From Bdellovibrionia bacterium (GTDB taxonomy: Bacteria > Bdellovibrionota > UBA1018), in assembly GCA_049424145.1 (NCBI GenBank), contig JBMSSC010000003.1:1-52971 (forward strand): a stretch of 52,971 bases of DNA, written 5' to 3'. Position numbers and translations under genes: made by a program. Below the pieces are notes generated by a model. The model was not told where the DNA came from, made no database searches, and worked only from the letters and a program-made list of their open reading frames with translations. This document shows positions 28,632 through 38,862 of this stretch, piece after piece (the stretch's first letter is position 1; every line of letters starts with the position of its first letter).

Positions 28632-29183
28632 ATGACCATGGCTTTTAAGCCCATTGCACTGAACGAGGGTCGATTGAGTGTTCCCATTTCAATTCACGCA
28701 GAGGTCATTGCTTTAGGAAGCCTGATGACCCTTTCACTGGGGATTTTCCTCGTTTTCTTAGGAAACGCCGTGGGATTAAGCGCAGCCAATCTCATTGATC
28801 CCCTCATAGGTGAGGGCTTACGAAACGGGAGTTGGATTTACCTGGCCGCCAGCAGCTGGGTTTCCTTTGGTTTTGGGGCCTACTTTTCCACTCGCTCCTT
28901 GCGGATTGAGTCGAAAAAGGCGGCCCTCTTTCACGCTCTGTGCTCTTGGGGACTCACCTGCTTACTGGGCGTCTCCATTGGAGCACTCTCCAGTTCAGCT
29001 TTTCGGCAGATCTTCATTGGATTAGGCATTCAATCGCTCAATTGGCTGCTGTTTTGCATGATGGGCCTAGGCTGTGTGTTGGCGGCCTTAGGTGGGCTTC
29101 TCGGTCAAAAAAAGGGGAGTCAGGCTTTCTCAGCAGCGGAGCTCCTTGCTCCAAAAACCGAGGGGCAAAAGCCCGCAGCCTAA
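28632..29183 (+). CDS. Hypothetical membrane protein, about 4 TM helices
   Basis: AGGAG RBS; four hydrophobic glycine-rich segments. Confidence 0.7.
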   Translation: MTMAFKPIALNEGRLSVPISIHAEVIALGSLMTLSLGIFLVFLGNAVGLSAANLIDPLIGEGLRNGSWIYLAASSWVSFGFGAYFSTRSLRIESKKAALFHALCSWGLTCLLGVSIGALSSSAFRQIFIGLGIQSLNWLLFCMMGLGCVLAALGGLLGQKKGSQAFSAAELLAPKTEGQKPAA

Positions 29184-32100
29184 GCAGGCGTTGATCTCCG
29201 CCGACTCATCAATAAATCGTAAGCACACGGCACCACAAACAGGGTGAGCAAGGTAGAGACACAGATCCCCCCAATTAATACCACGGCCATAGGAACTGTT
29301 GACTCAGCGCCTGGCCCAATGGAGAGAGCCTCTGGTAGGGCACCCACCACAGTTGCCAACGATGTCATTAAAATCGGACGCAGACGAATCGGACAGGCCT
29401 CTAAAAGTGCCTGATGAACTCCCCGTCCCTCCGACACGCATTGATTCGTAAAGTCCACAAGGAGGATGGAGTTTTTCTTAGCAATCCCCATGAGAAGAAT
29501 CAATCCGATCAGACTGTAAAGGTTAATCGACTGATGAAATAAAAAAAGGCCTAAAATCCCACCAGAAAGACTAAAGGGCAGAGCCAAGAGCACGATCCAA
29601 GGCAGGAGAAAACTATTGAACTGAGAGGCAAGAACCAAATAGGAAACAACAATTCCAAGACCCAGGGCAAATCCAAGCCCCTGCAGTGACTCTTTAAAGT
29701 TCTGAGAGCTTCCCGTCGTTTTTACATAATACCCTGGAGGAAGCAGTCTTTTTCCCATCTCCTGGATCTCCTCCATCACCCGCTGATGCGACTCATGAGC
29801 TTGGGGATTAGCATAGATCGAAATGGATCGAACTCGGTTCTGCCGTGTGATGAGCGTGAGACTGGGTTTACTCTGAAGATGAACGAGCTCAGATAAAGAG
29901 ACCAGCTGACCTCGATTATTCCTCACCCAAATCTGTTTGAGTTGCTGAACTTGATTGCGCTCATCCCAGGGCAAGCGGACTTCAATGGGAAGTCGATGCC
30001 CTTGTTTTTGCACTTGAGCCCTTCCACTGAGAACGCGTCCACCAAAAAGCGTACTCACCGCAGAGTTCACAGCCGCCACAGTGACTCCATGTAAAGCCAA
30101 TTTTTTTGAATCGGTCACTAAATCCACTTCTGGCATTCCTTTTTGAATATCCGTATGAACATCGGTGAGGCGACCGGACTTTTTTAACTCCTCCCCATAG
30201 GTCTCAGAGAGCTCCACGAGCTTCTCCCAATCTGGCCCCTCAAGACTCAACTCAATGGGAAAACCGCGTGAGGTCCCAAACCCCCGCAGCGATAGATCCT
30301 GAACCACAATCTCTGCACCTTGAACCTTGGCTTTTAAATCCTTCCGCATCCTGCCCATGATTTCCGACTGGGAGAACGGACGCTGATCTTTATCCACCAA
30401 AGTCACAAACAAAAACCCCTGATGGACGGCATCCCCTCCAAAGCCCCCAATCAAACTAAAGTAACCCTCCACACTCGGCTGAGCGGAGAGGTAGGACTCC
30501 ACGTTTCGAAACACCTCATCGGTTGCAGCCAGTGATGAGCCCACCTTTCCTTTCACTCGAATCATCAGCTGGGATTGATCCTGAGAGGGAAGAAGCTCCG
30601 AGGGAAGCCTGCGGGCCAATAGCAACGTGAGAGCAAAAAATAGGGTGGAAAGAATCAAAGTTTTCACCCGATGCTGTAGAAAAAAAGCGAGAGTCTTTTG
30701 ATACCGGAGGGTGAGACCACGAAATGCCTGATCCATGAAGTGGGAGAGCTTACTATGGGCGTGATTCACCTCTAAAAACCGGGAACAGCGCATGGGAGTC
30801 AGCGTGAGAGCTTCCAAAAGGGATAAGCCCACAGCCAATGAGACACTCACTCCATATTGATAGAGAAACTGACCGACTCCACTTCTCATCCAAGCCACGG
30901 GTAAGAAGATGGCTCCGACAGCTAGGGTGGAGGCCACGGCAGCAAAGGTGATCTCCTGAGAGCCCATCAAGGCTGCTTCTTTTCGCCCCCTTCCCATCTC
31001 TCGATGTCGAACGATATTCTCAAGCATCATGATGGCGTCATCCACCACAACTCCAATGGAGAGGGTGAGCCCTAGCAATGTAAAGGTATTGAGGGTGAAT
31101 CCGAGAAAATACAAGCCAATGAACGAGCCCAGGATCGAGGTGGGGATAGCCAGCAAGACATTTAAAGTAGAGGCCAAGGAGCCTAAGAATAAATAGCACA
31201 CCACGGAAGTCAGCATGGCTGAGAAAAAAAGCATCCGATTCAACTCAGCAATGGATTGTTGAATGAAGCGGGTTGAATCGGAGCGAATCTTTAACTGATA
31301 CCCGCGGGGTAGATGGGGCTCGATCTCCTTAACCCTCTCTCGAATTAGGCGAGCCACCTCCACCGCGTTTGAACCATGCTGCTTGAGGATTCCAAGTCCC
31401 AAAGCTGGCATTCCCCGGTACCTACACTTTCGACGCACATCCAAAGTACCTTCTTCAATGCGAGCCACATCTTGAAGCAAGATCGGACGAAAATTCGCTC
31501 CTTCTGCCCCCCTCTGCATCAAACGGATCTGACCCAACTGCTGAGCCGAAGTGGCCTCCCCCAAAAACCGCAAGCTCACCTCTTTCGCTGGACTCTCTAA
31601 ACGGCCCAACGGAACGCTCACTTGTTCTGTTGAAATCGCCTGAATCACATCTTCGGCTGCCAGCTGAAGCTCAGTCATCCGAAGGGGGTTCAGATGCACT
31701 CGGATGGCAGGCTCCACATATCCGGCCAGCACCACATCCCCCACTCCCGAAAGGGTTGTGAAGTGTTGAGAAAGAACGTTTCTCACATACAGCATAGCAT
31801 CCACATCTGAGGTGGCTTCATCATGGGTCACAGCAACCCACAGAATCGGCATGTCCTCAGGATTACTCTTTTTTACCGACGGGGGATCCAAGTCCTTGGG
31901 TAAGACGTCCCGAAGCTGATGGATTCGATCTTCGACCTCTTGCACCGCATCATCGATTTTTTTATCCACCTCAAACTCAATGGAAATTGAACCTGAACTC
32001 TGCTGAGAGGAGGAGCTCAAGTTTCGGATGCCAGGAATCTGCATGAGCACCCCTTCCAGAGGCTCAATCACTGAGCTTTCCATGACCGCAGGAGCGGCTC

Positions 32101-32257
32101 CACGAAGCGACACCGACACACTGACGATCGGAAAATCCACATCCGGAAGCCGGCTCACTCCTAAGCGTTGAAAACAAAGAGCGCCAAAGATCATCAAGGC
32201 TGCCATCAGCATCCAGGCAAAAACCGGTCTTCGAATGGAAAGCGCTGAAAGACTCAT
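29180..32257 (-). CDS. RND efflux permease (AcrB/MdtC family)
   Basis: IRRPVFA, VVDDAIMMLENI, KKNSILL, RLRPILMT. Confidence 0.95.
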   Translation of the reverse strand: MSLSALSIRRPVFAWMLMAALMIFGALCFQRLGVSRLPDVDFPIVSVSVSLRGAAPAVMESSVIEPLEGVLMQIPGIRNLSSSSQQSSGSISIEFEVDKKIDDAVQEVEDRIHQLRDVLPKDLDPPSVKKSNPEDMPILWVAVTHDEATSDVDAMLYVRNVLSQHFTTLSGVGDVVLAGYVEPAIRVHLNPLRMTELQLAAEDVIQAISTEQVSVPLGRLESPAKEVSLRFLGEATSAQQLGQIRLMQRGAEGANFRPILLQDVARIEEGTLDVRRKCRYRGMPALGLGILKQHGSNAVEVARLIRERVKEIEPHLPRGYQLKIRSDSTRFIQQSIAELNRMLFFSAMLTSVVCYLFLGSLASTLNVLLAIPTSILGSFIGLYFLGFTLNTFTLLGLTLSIGVVVDDAIMMLENIVRHREMGRGRKEAALMGSQEITFAAVASTLAVGAIFLPVAWMRSGVGQFLYQYGVSVSLAVGLSLLEALTLTPMRCSRFLEVNHAHSKLSHFMDQAFRGLTLRYQKTLAFFLQHRVKTLILSTLFFALTLLLARRLPSELLPSQDQSQLMIRVKGKVGSSLAATDEVFRNVESYLSAQPSVEGYFSLIGGFGGDAVHQGFLFVTLVDKDQRPFSQSEIMGRMRKDLKAKVQGAEIVVQDLSLRGFGTSRGFPIELSLEGPDWEKLVELSETYGEELKKSGRLTDVHTDIQKGMPEVDLVTDSKKLALHGVTVAAVNSAVSTLFGGRVLSGRAQVQKQGHRLPIEVRLPWDERNQVQQLKQIWVRNNRGQLVSLSELVHLQSKPSLTLITRQNRVRSISIYANPQAHESHQRVMEEIQEMGKRLLPPGYYVKTTGSSQNFKESLQGLGFALGLGIVVSYLVLASQFNSFLLPWIVLLALPFSLSGGILGLFLFHQSINLYSLIGLILLMGIAKKNSILLVDFTNQCVSEGRGVHQALLEACPIRLRPILMTSLATVVGALPEALSIGPGAESTVPMAVVLIGGICVSTLLTLFVVPCAYDLLMSRRRSTPA

Positions 32258-35200
32258 GAGTCTAACTCAACCTTCTCAAACTGGCCCAAGACGCTGTACA
32301 CACAGGGAACCACCAAAAGAGTTAAGACCGTGGAGACAAACACACCGCCGAGAGTCGCAATCGCCATCGGGATGCGAGTTTCTGAGCCCGGTCCCAAAGC
32401 CAAAGCCCCGGGCAAGGCTCCTGCTAAAGTGGCAACCGAAGTCATCACAATGGGCCTCAAGCGAATGGGACAAGCCTCAAGCAGGGCCGCATGAAGACTT
32501 AAGCCCTCCCTTCGTTTTTGTTGAGTGAAATCCACCAGCAAAATGGAGTTCTTCTTCGTAATGCCCATCAATAGGATCAGACCCATGAGACTAAAGACGT
32601 TCAACGACTGATGAGTGAAGAAGAGAGCCATGAAGGCTCCGGAAAGGCTAAATGGCAGCGCCACTAAGACCACCAGCGGTTGCACCCAGCTATTGAACTG
32701 AGAGGCTAAAATCATATAAGATACCATCACGCCTAAAACGAGAGCAAACCCCAGGCTATCAAACGCTTCCTCAAATGCACGGGCGTTGCCTGAAATGTGG
32801 ACTGAATACCCCGGGGGTAAAACTCTCTGACCCAACTGCTGAATCCAAACTAAGGCCGCCTTCTGGGACTGCCCTTCTCTCAGATTCGCATGAATGGGAA
32901 CCGTTCGTTGACGATTGAGTCGATGGATCAACTGAGGGCTGTGAGCGAGTTGAATCTGTGCGATCGAAGAGAGAGGGACTAATTCGCCACGTGAGCCCCG
33001 ATTATTTCTCACTCTGAGTCGCTTAAGATCTGAAATACTGCTCCTTGACTCGGGCTCTGCCCTCAGACGAATCCCATAACGGTGACCCTCGCGGGGGTAC
33101 TGCGTACCAGCCCCTAAGGTCTCACCTCCGATCAAAAGGCTCACTTCCTGAGCCATGGAACTCAAGCTCACGCCATGATTCGATGCAAGCAATCGATCCG
33201 CAATGATCTGAATCTCGGGCATTCCAGCCTGCTCGTCTGAGTCCACATCCTGAAAAAAATCTGAGTCTTTCATTTGATCCATCACTTGAAGCGAGAGCTC
33301 ATGCAACCGACTCCAGTCGGGCCCCTCTAAGCTGAACTCAATGGGGTAGCCTTGGGAAGCGCTAAAGCCCGTAATGGAGAGATCTTGAGCCAAGACTCGA
33401 GAAGAGGGAAGTAGGCGTTGAACCTCACTTCTGAAGCGATCCATCAGCTGGCTCTGAGTCTCCTTACGCTGTTTGGGATCCTTGAGCATCACATAGATGG
33501 CTCCTGCGTTCACGCCATCCTGATTCTGATAGTTCCCCACCGTGGAGTAGGTCCCACTCACCTCCGGTTGCCGGGACAAAAATGCCTCCACTTGCTTAAA
33601 AAGCTCATCGGAAGCATCCAAGGAGCTACCCACTGGATTTTTAATCTGAAGAATAAATAACGACTGATCCTGCTTGGGAATAAACTCCTCAGGAAGACCC
33701 TTGAGCAACACTAAGGAGCCGAGAAAAAAAATCAAAGCCCCCACCAAAATGGGGATTCGATGCCGAAGCAACTTCCCTAAAAGAATCTGATACTGCTCAG
33801 TCCATTGGTCCATCACCTTGGCTACTACAGAGGTCAAGCCCCCCTGCCCAGCGTGCTTTGGGGTGATCAAAAACTGAGAGCACCTCATCGGTGTGAGAGT
33901 GACCGCCTCAAGCAAGGAGAGAAAAACTGAAACTGAAACCGTCACCCCATACTGATAAAAAAACCGCCCCATCACGCCCTTCATAAAAATCACAGGAACA
34001 AAAATCGCAGCCACAGCCAGTGTCGCAGCCATTGCCGAAAAATAGATTTCATTTGCACCATCTAAAGCCGCCTGCTTTCTGGATTTTCCCATCCCAGCGT
34101 GTCTGACGATATTCTCCAGCATCATGATGGCATCATCAACAACGATCCCCATGGCAAGGATCAACCCGAGTAATGTAAATGAGTTCAGGGTAAAGCCCAA
34201 AAAGTAGAGAAAAAGAAAGCTTCCCATGACCGAAGTTGGAATGGCCAATAGGACGTGAATCGTCGACGACCATGACCCTAGAAATAAAAAGCAAACCAAA
34301 CTGGTGAGAACTGCTGAGAGGAGTAAAGTAAAGTTCAGCTCGTGCACAGACTCCCGAATGTACTGAGTGCTGTCTAGCCTAACCTCTAAATGATATCCGG
34401 GCACTAACTTTTCCTGGATTTTGGGGAGTCTCTCCTGAACCCGCTTTGAGACTTCAACGGCATTGGCCCCGTGTTGCTTGACTACTGCCAAGCCAACGGT
34501 TGGCTTTCCGTTAAACCGGGACCTAGCTCGCACATCAGAGAGGCCCTCCTCAATACGCGCGACTTCTTTTAATTCAATCGGATTAAAGTTAGGAGCCCCA
34601 CCTCGCAAATGGATCCTGATTTTTCCAAATTCCTCAGGAGACTTCGACTCTCCTAGGACGCGAAGATTGATTTCCTCTTTTAAACTCTCCACGCGACCGG
34701 CAGGTTGCTCGAGTTGCTCCGCAGTGATTGCGGCCATCACATCAGATGCGGTCAGCGCATAGTATTTGAGCTTCTCCGGTTGAAGCCAGACCCGAAGATT
34801 AGGCTCGACATACCCTTTCAGCCTCACCTCACCCACACCTGAGATCGAAGAGAGGAGCCCCTGAACTTGATTTCGCACCACTTGCATCTGATCCGGAAGC
34901 GGAATCCCCTCATCCGCACTGAGCAGAACCCAGAGAATGGGCTGGTCCTCAGGATTCGTTCTTGTGATCACTGGAGGATCCAAGGCCGTGGGTAGTCGAT
35001 TTCTGACCTGAGTCACTCGGTTTTGAACTTCCTGTAAGGCTCGAGTGATGGGGTGACCCAGCTCAAACTCACACGTGACGTTCGCTCGGCCCTGACTCAC
35101 CGCGGAGCTTACGTTTTTTAAGCCCTCAATTCCCATGACCGTATCTTCGATCACGTCCACGACATCCCTCTCCATCACTTCAGTGGCGGCGTTCTCAAGA

Positions 35201-35352
35201 GTCAGAGCGACATTAACGACCGGAAAATTGACATCCGGCATCTGACTGACGCCCAAGCGCTGAAACGAGATGGCTCCAAAGATCATGAGCCCCGCCATCA
35301 GCATCCAAGCAAACACCGGTCTTCGAATTGAAATCTCAGAAAGACTTTTCAT
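32254..35352 (-). CDS. RND efflux permease (AcrB/MdtB family)
   Basis: Same motifs as the neighbouring permease; start placed at ATG 35352 (ATGA overlap with the TolC stop). Confidence 0.95.
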   Translation of the reverse strand: MKSLSEISIRRPVFAWMLMAGLMIFGAISFQRLGVSQMPDVNFPVVNVALTLENAATEVMERDVVDVIEDTVMGIEGLKNVSSAVSQGRANVTCEFELGHPITRALQEVQNRVTQVRNRLPTALDPPVITRTNPEDQPILWVLLSADEGIPLPDQMQVVRNQVQGLLSSISGVGEVRLKGYVEPNLRVWLQPEKLKYYALTASDVMAAITAEQLEQPAGRVESLKEEINLRVLGESKSPEEFGKIRIHLRGGAPNFNPIELKEVARIEEGLSDVRARSRFNGKPTVGLAVVKQHGANAVEVSKRVQERLPKIQEKLVPGYHLEVRLDSTQYIRESVHELNFTLLLSAVLTSLVCFLFLGSWSSTIHVLLAIPTSVMGSFLFLYFLGFTLNSFTLLGLILAMGIVVDDAIMMLENIVRHAGMGKSRKQAALDGANEIYFSAMAATLAVAAIFVPVIFMKGVMGRFFYQYGVTVSVSVFLSLLEAVTLTPMRCSQFLITPKHAGQGGLTSVVAKVMDQWTEQYQILLGKLLRHRIPILVGALIFFLGSLVLLKGLPEEFIPKQDQSLFILQIKNPVGSSLDASDELFKQVEAFLSRQPEVSGTYSTVGNYQNQDGVNAGAIYVMLKDPKQRKETQSQLMDRFRSEVQRLLPSSRVLAQDLSITGFSASQGYPIEFSLEGPDWSRLHELSLQVMDQMKDSDFFQDVDSDEQAGMPEIQIIADRLLASNHGVSLSSMAQEVSLLIGGETLGAGTQYPREGHRYGIRLRAEPESRSSISDLKRLRVRNNRGSRGELVPLSSIAQIQLAHSPQLIHRLNRQRTVPIHANLREGQSQKAALVWIQQLGQRVLPPGYSVHISGNARAFEEAFDSLGFALVLGVMVSYMILASQFNSWVQPLVVLVALPFSLSGAFMALFFTHQSLNVFSLMGLILLMGITKKNSILLVDFTQQKRREGLSLHAALLEACPIRLRPIVMTSVATLAGALPGALALGPGSETRIPMAIATLGGVFVSTVLTLLVVPCVYSVLGQFEKVELDS

Positions 35353-36662
35353 TGGGTAGGGATCTCTTCTCTTCTTCCAACCGCAGCTTGAAGCTTCAGC
35401 GAATCCAAAACTGAAATACACTGAATTTGATCCAGCTGCCGCTTGGAGGCTTGGTAAGTGGTCAAAGACTGAAGCACGTCTAAATTCGTGACCAGTCCGT
35501 TTTTAAAAACTCGGCTCTGCACTTCATAGTTTTTCCTCGATACTTGGACGAGTTGCGTGAGCTTTTGCATCTGCCTGCGGTCAGAGTTGAAGGCCTGATA
35601 GAAAGTCCGAATCTCTTGCTCGGCTTTCCGCCTGGACTCAGCCAAATTGAGACTCCACTGATGAGTGAGCGCTTGGGCCTCTCTGATCTGAGCACTCACT
35701 AAGCCTCCTTGAAAGATGGGAAAGCTCACGGCCAGCTGAAGATCCCAATTCACAGATTTTAAGGCCAATCCGGGTCTTTCCAAGTAATAGTTGCCAATTA
35801 AATCGACACTAGGAAAATGCCCTCCCCTTTTGATCGCAATAGTCTCTTCAGCACTTTCCAGTGCAGCCTGTGCTGCTGCGATTTCGGGACGTCGATTCAT
35901 CGCCTCGAGATAATCACTGAGCTCCCCGAGCTGAGACTCAGGAGTCTCCTCATCTGATAAGACGGTGTTGCGATCCCATCCCGTTAAATAGGCCAGTACA
36001 TCTTTTGCAATCTCATGTCGTCCTTTTGTACTTTCGAGTTGGGATTCTAAGCCTAAAATATTGGCTTGCAGGGTGAGAACATCACTGAGCTGAGCTCGTC
36101 CAATCCGAAGAAATCGATTGAGCTCCTCCTCTCTTTTTTTATTGAGCTCGATTTCAATCTCATGGTTTTTTAGTTCAACAGAAGTCATCTGAACCGTGTA
36201 ATAGGCCTGAGCCACATCATAGAACAACTGTCGCGCGGCTTGATGAATGGTATGGGCACGCTCATCAGTCGTGCTTCTTTTTTGACGAATCGCAGCGTAC
36301 TCACTGAGGCCTCGAAACAGGGGTTGGATCACACCCAACTTGATGGTGGTTTGATTCTGAGGGGAGATCAAGGTCCCAGTGGGATTGCTTGGGAGGGCTT
36401 GCGTCAGGAGTCCCACACTGGCTGTTAGTTTCGGAAAAAAAGCGGCGGCTCTGGATTGAATCTCCTGCTCTTTGGCTTGAATGAGGAGGTCTCGATTCAC
36501 ACCCAGAGCCGTGCTGCGCTCCAATGATGCCTCATAGGCGGATTTGAACGTTTTTCCCATTTCCTGCTCTCGCATGGGGGGAGGATCCTGTGCCCACGAA
36601 CTAAGCGGAAGAACCCATCCCAGACTCATCCAAAACCTTAAAACCAAGTTGCTCCGATTCAT
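35349..36662 (-). CDS. TolC-family outer membrane efflux protein
   Basis: Signal peptide, QPLFRG, DVAQAYY, RPEI, FPIFQGG, GLVTNLDVL repeats; start uncertain (36662-36749). Confidence 0.9.
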   Translation of the reverse strand: MNRSNLVLRFWMSLGWVLPLSSWAQDPPPMREQEMGKTFKSAYEASLERSTALGVNRDLLIQAKEQEIQSRAAAFFPKLTASVGLLTQALPSNPTGTLISPQNQTTIKLGVIQPLFRGLSEYAAIRQKRSTTDERAHTIHQAARQLFYDVAQAYYTVQMTSVELKNHEIEIELNKKREEELNRFLRIGRAQLSDVLTLQANILGLESQLESTKGRHEIAKDVLAYLTGWDRNTVLSDEETPESQLGELSDYLEAMNRRPEIAAAQAALESAEETIAIKRGGHFPSVDLIGNYYLERPGLALKSVNWDLQLAVSFPIFQGGLVSAQIREAQALTHQWSLNLAESRRKAEQEIRTFYQAFNSDRRQMQKLTQLVQVSRKNYEVQSRVFKNGLVTNLDVLQSLTTYQASKRQLDQIQCISVLDSLKLQAAVGRREEIPTQ

Positions 36663-36908
36663 GCTGAAAATCATAGCGAGTTTTTTCAGTTTTGTCTGAG
36701 CAATCCGAAACTGAGCACGACGAACAGGATCGCTGTTTGTGGAGAGCAAACGATTGAAGAATCATGCGAGGAGAGGAGCTTGACTTGGGCCCCAGTCCCT
36801 TTTCCCTCGCGCAGTGCACCAAAACCATTTTCTCCCTCACCTTCCTTGCCTCTTCTCCACTACGCAAAAAACGGTTCCAATCAGAACGGCTTCTGCTAGA
36901 ACCAAGAC

Positions 36909-38555
36909 ATGGGGAACTTCACTTGCTCAAGCTTCATGCGCTTGCTTCGGCTCATCCAACTGGCACAAGAGAAATCCAGATCCGTTGACTCCCTAGTGAA
37001 TCAAATCCAAACTCAGATCGAGGACCCAAAACAACTCTCCCGGAGACACTTTCTTGGGGGAGCTGCAGCCACCGCTCTGATCGCTCACCGAGTGGGCCTC
37101 CCAGGAATCTCCCCTCTCATCAGCTCGGCCAAAGCCCAGATCCGATCCACCCAAAGTCCCGTGATCATCCTCGGAGCTGGGGTTTCAGGCCTGCTCACAG
37201 CCTACCGTCTCCACCAATCGGGGATCCCGTGTGAAATCTATGAGGCCTCCTCGCGAGTCGGGGGACGAATGTTCACGCAGTATCAATTCAATGAAGACGG
37301 CATGTTCTGCGAACTAGGTGGCGAAGCGGTGGATCGGAGCCATGAAGCCCTTCACGCGCTGTGCCGGGAACTCGGAGTCGGTATTCAAGACTGTGCGGCA
37401 GAGGACGCCGGTTTAGAGAAGGAAGTCTACTGGGCCAGCGGCCGTCTGTTGAGCTTCTCGCAAATGGTTCATGCCCTCACGCCGTTTGCCGCTCAACTCC
37501 GTCAGGACATCCATGCGCTTTGGGGCGAAAAAGCGCCTCGGATCCCCACCTTCCGGGATCAAAACCACCCTGGGATCGTGAAGTTGGACCAGATGTCGTT
37601 GGCTGAGTACCTTCAATCAAAAAAAGAGTTGGAGCCCTGGATGCGGGGTCTGATTGGCTCCCTCTATGAATGCGAATACGGACTCGATCTCTCGGAGCAG
37701 TCGGCCTTAAATTTTCTAACGCTCGCCACGGTGGACCGGAAAAACCAGCTGAGTCTTTTGGGCCCAAGCGATGAACAGTTTCGAATTCAAGGTGGCAGCA
37801 GCCAACTCATCCGGGCTTTAGAGCAAAGGCTCAAAGGCCAGGTCCCGATTCACCTGGGACACCGACTTTTGAAAATTCAGAACTTAAAACCTGGATTTAA
37901 GCTCAGTTTCTCAGGGGAAACCGCCCTTGAGATCAAAGCTCAGCAAGTGGTCTGCACCCTGCCTTTCTCGATTCTCAGGGGCATTGAGGGGATCCAAGCA
38001 CTGGGTCTGCCTCCGTCCATGACACAAGCCATTTTTGAACTGGGCTATGGGTCCATGGCGAAGTGGTCGCTTGGGTTCCAACGGCGTCTTTGGCGCCAAG
38101 CCCCAAAAAACGCCTCGAATGGCCGAATCCTGACCCTCGATCAACAGCAGTTCTGGGAGAGCAGCCGGATGCAAAAGGGCTCGCGAGGGATTCTAGCGCG
38201 CTTCATTGGGGGCTCACGGGCTCATTTGCTCTCGGACATTCGTCTACAGGACAACTTAAACACGCTCGATCAAATCTACCCTGGCCTCAAATCCCTCTAC
38301 GAAGGCCGGCAATTCATCATGCACTGGAATCAATACCCTTGGGCCAAGGGATGTTACTCAGCTTTTAAGCCGGGACAAACCACGCGCTTCAATGGGCTTG
38401 CCGCTCGTCCTCAGCTGGGAGGTCGGCTTTTTTTTGCAGGAGAGCATGTCAGCGTGGAGTTTGGTGGCTTTATGAACGGTGCCATTGAGTCGGCTGAAAA
38501 CTGCGCCCGAAGCATTGCTCAGGGACAAAAAATCGCACCCAACGGATCAGGCTAA
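36909..38555 (+). CDS. Flavin-dependent amine/amino-acid oxidase family protein with twin-arginine motif
   Basis: SRRHFL, ILGAGVSGL, EASSRVGGR, ELGGE, FFAGEH, GFMNGAIES. Confidence 0.9.
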   Translation: MGNFTCSSFMRLLRLIQLAQEKSRSVDSLVNQIQTQIEDPKQLSRRHFLGGAAATALIAHRVGLPGISPLISSAKAQIRSTQSPVIILGAGVSGLLTAYRLHQSGIPCEIYEASSRVGGRMFTQYQFNEDGMFCELGGEAVDRSHEALHALCRELGVGIQDCAAEDAGLEKEVYWASGRLLSFSQMVHALTPFAAQLRQDIHALWGEKAPRIPTFRDQNHPGIVKLDQMSLAEYLQSKKELEPWMRGLIGSLYECEYGLDLSEQSALNFLTLATVDRKNQLSLLGPSDEQFRIQGGSSQLIRALEQRLKGQVPIHLGHRLLKIQNLKPGFKLSFSGETALEIKAQQVVCTLPFSILRGIEGIQALGLPPSMTQAIFELGYGSMAKWSLGFQRRLWRQAPKNASNGRILTLDQQQFWESSRMQKGSRGILARFIGGSRAHLLSDIRLQDNLNTLDQIYPGLKSLYEGRQFIMHWNQYPWAKGCYSAFKPGQTTRFNGLAARPQLGGRLFFAGEHVSVEFGGFMNGAIESAENCARSIAQGQKIAPNGSG

Positions 38556-38657
38556 GCGAGATCTCGTCATACAGAGAAAGGCTTGCGGGAAAAAAGCCTT
38601 TGGGACGCTCAAAAACTGTGAGGCTTCGCCTGAAAGACAGGCCCATCCGGACACCAA

Positions 38658-38696
38658 AAAAGAAAAGCCCCTGAGAATCTCAGAGGCTCTTCTTTT
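38658..38696. terminator. Probable bidirectional intrinsic terminator (tRNA-Val / amine oxidase)
   Basis: AAAAGAAAAGCCCCTGAG-AAT-CTCAGAGGCTCTTCTTTT between convergent genes. Confidence 0.7.
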
Positions 38697-38751
38697 CAAC
38701 CATTTCTAGGGTCGTCAACGGATCAGGGTAATCTAGTCATCGGGGTAAAAA

Positions 38752-38826
38752 TGGTGGGCGATGCAGGGATTGAACCTGCGACCTTGGCCGTGTAAAGACC
38801 CTGCTCTACCGCTGAGCTAATCGCCC
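38752..38826 (-). tRNA. tRNA-Val(TAC)
   Basis: GGGCGATTAGCTCAG...TTTACAC...GGTTCAATCC...ATCGCCCACCA. Confidence 0.95.
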
Positions 38827-38862
38827 TTCCCATGGGGTCGCTTTGCGACCCGAGAGATTTTC

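Noticed and set aside
36741-36775. GAGCAAAC-GATT-GAAG-AATC-ATGC resembling a GEMM-I (c-di-GMP/cGAMP) riboswitch P2 arm
   Set aside because: No GNRA loop, no GCAAAGC junction and no P3 stem with tetraloop receptor; I found no convincing cGAMP riboswitch in the window
28445-38751. Efflux and oxidase genes next to the tRNA-Val 3' end as a possible genomic island
   Set aside because: No integrase or transposase, no visible duplicate of the tRNA 3' end, and no obvious composition shift
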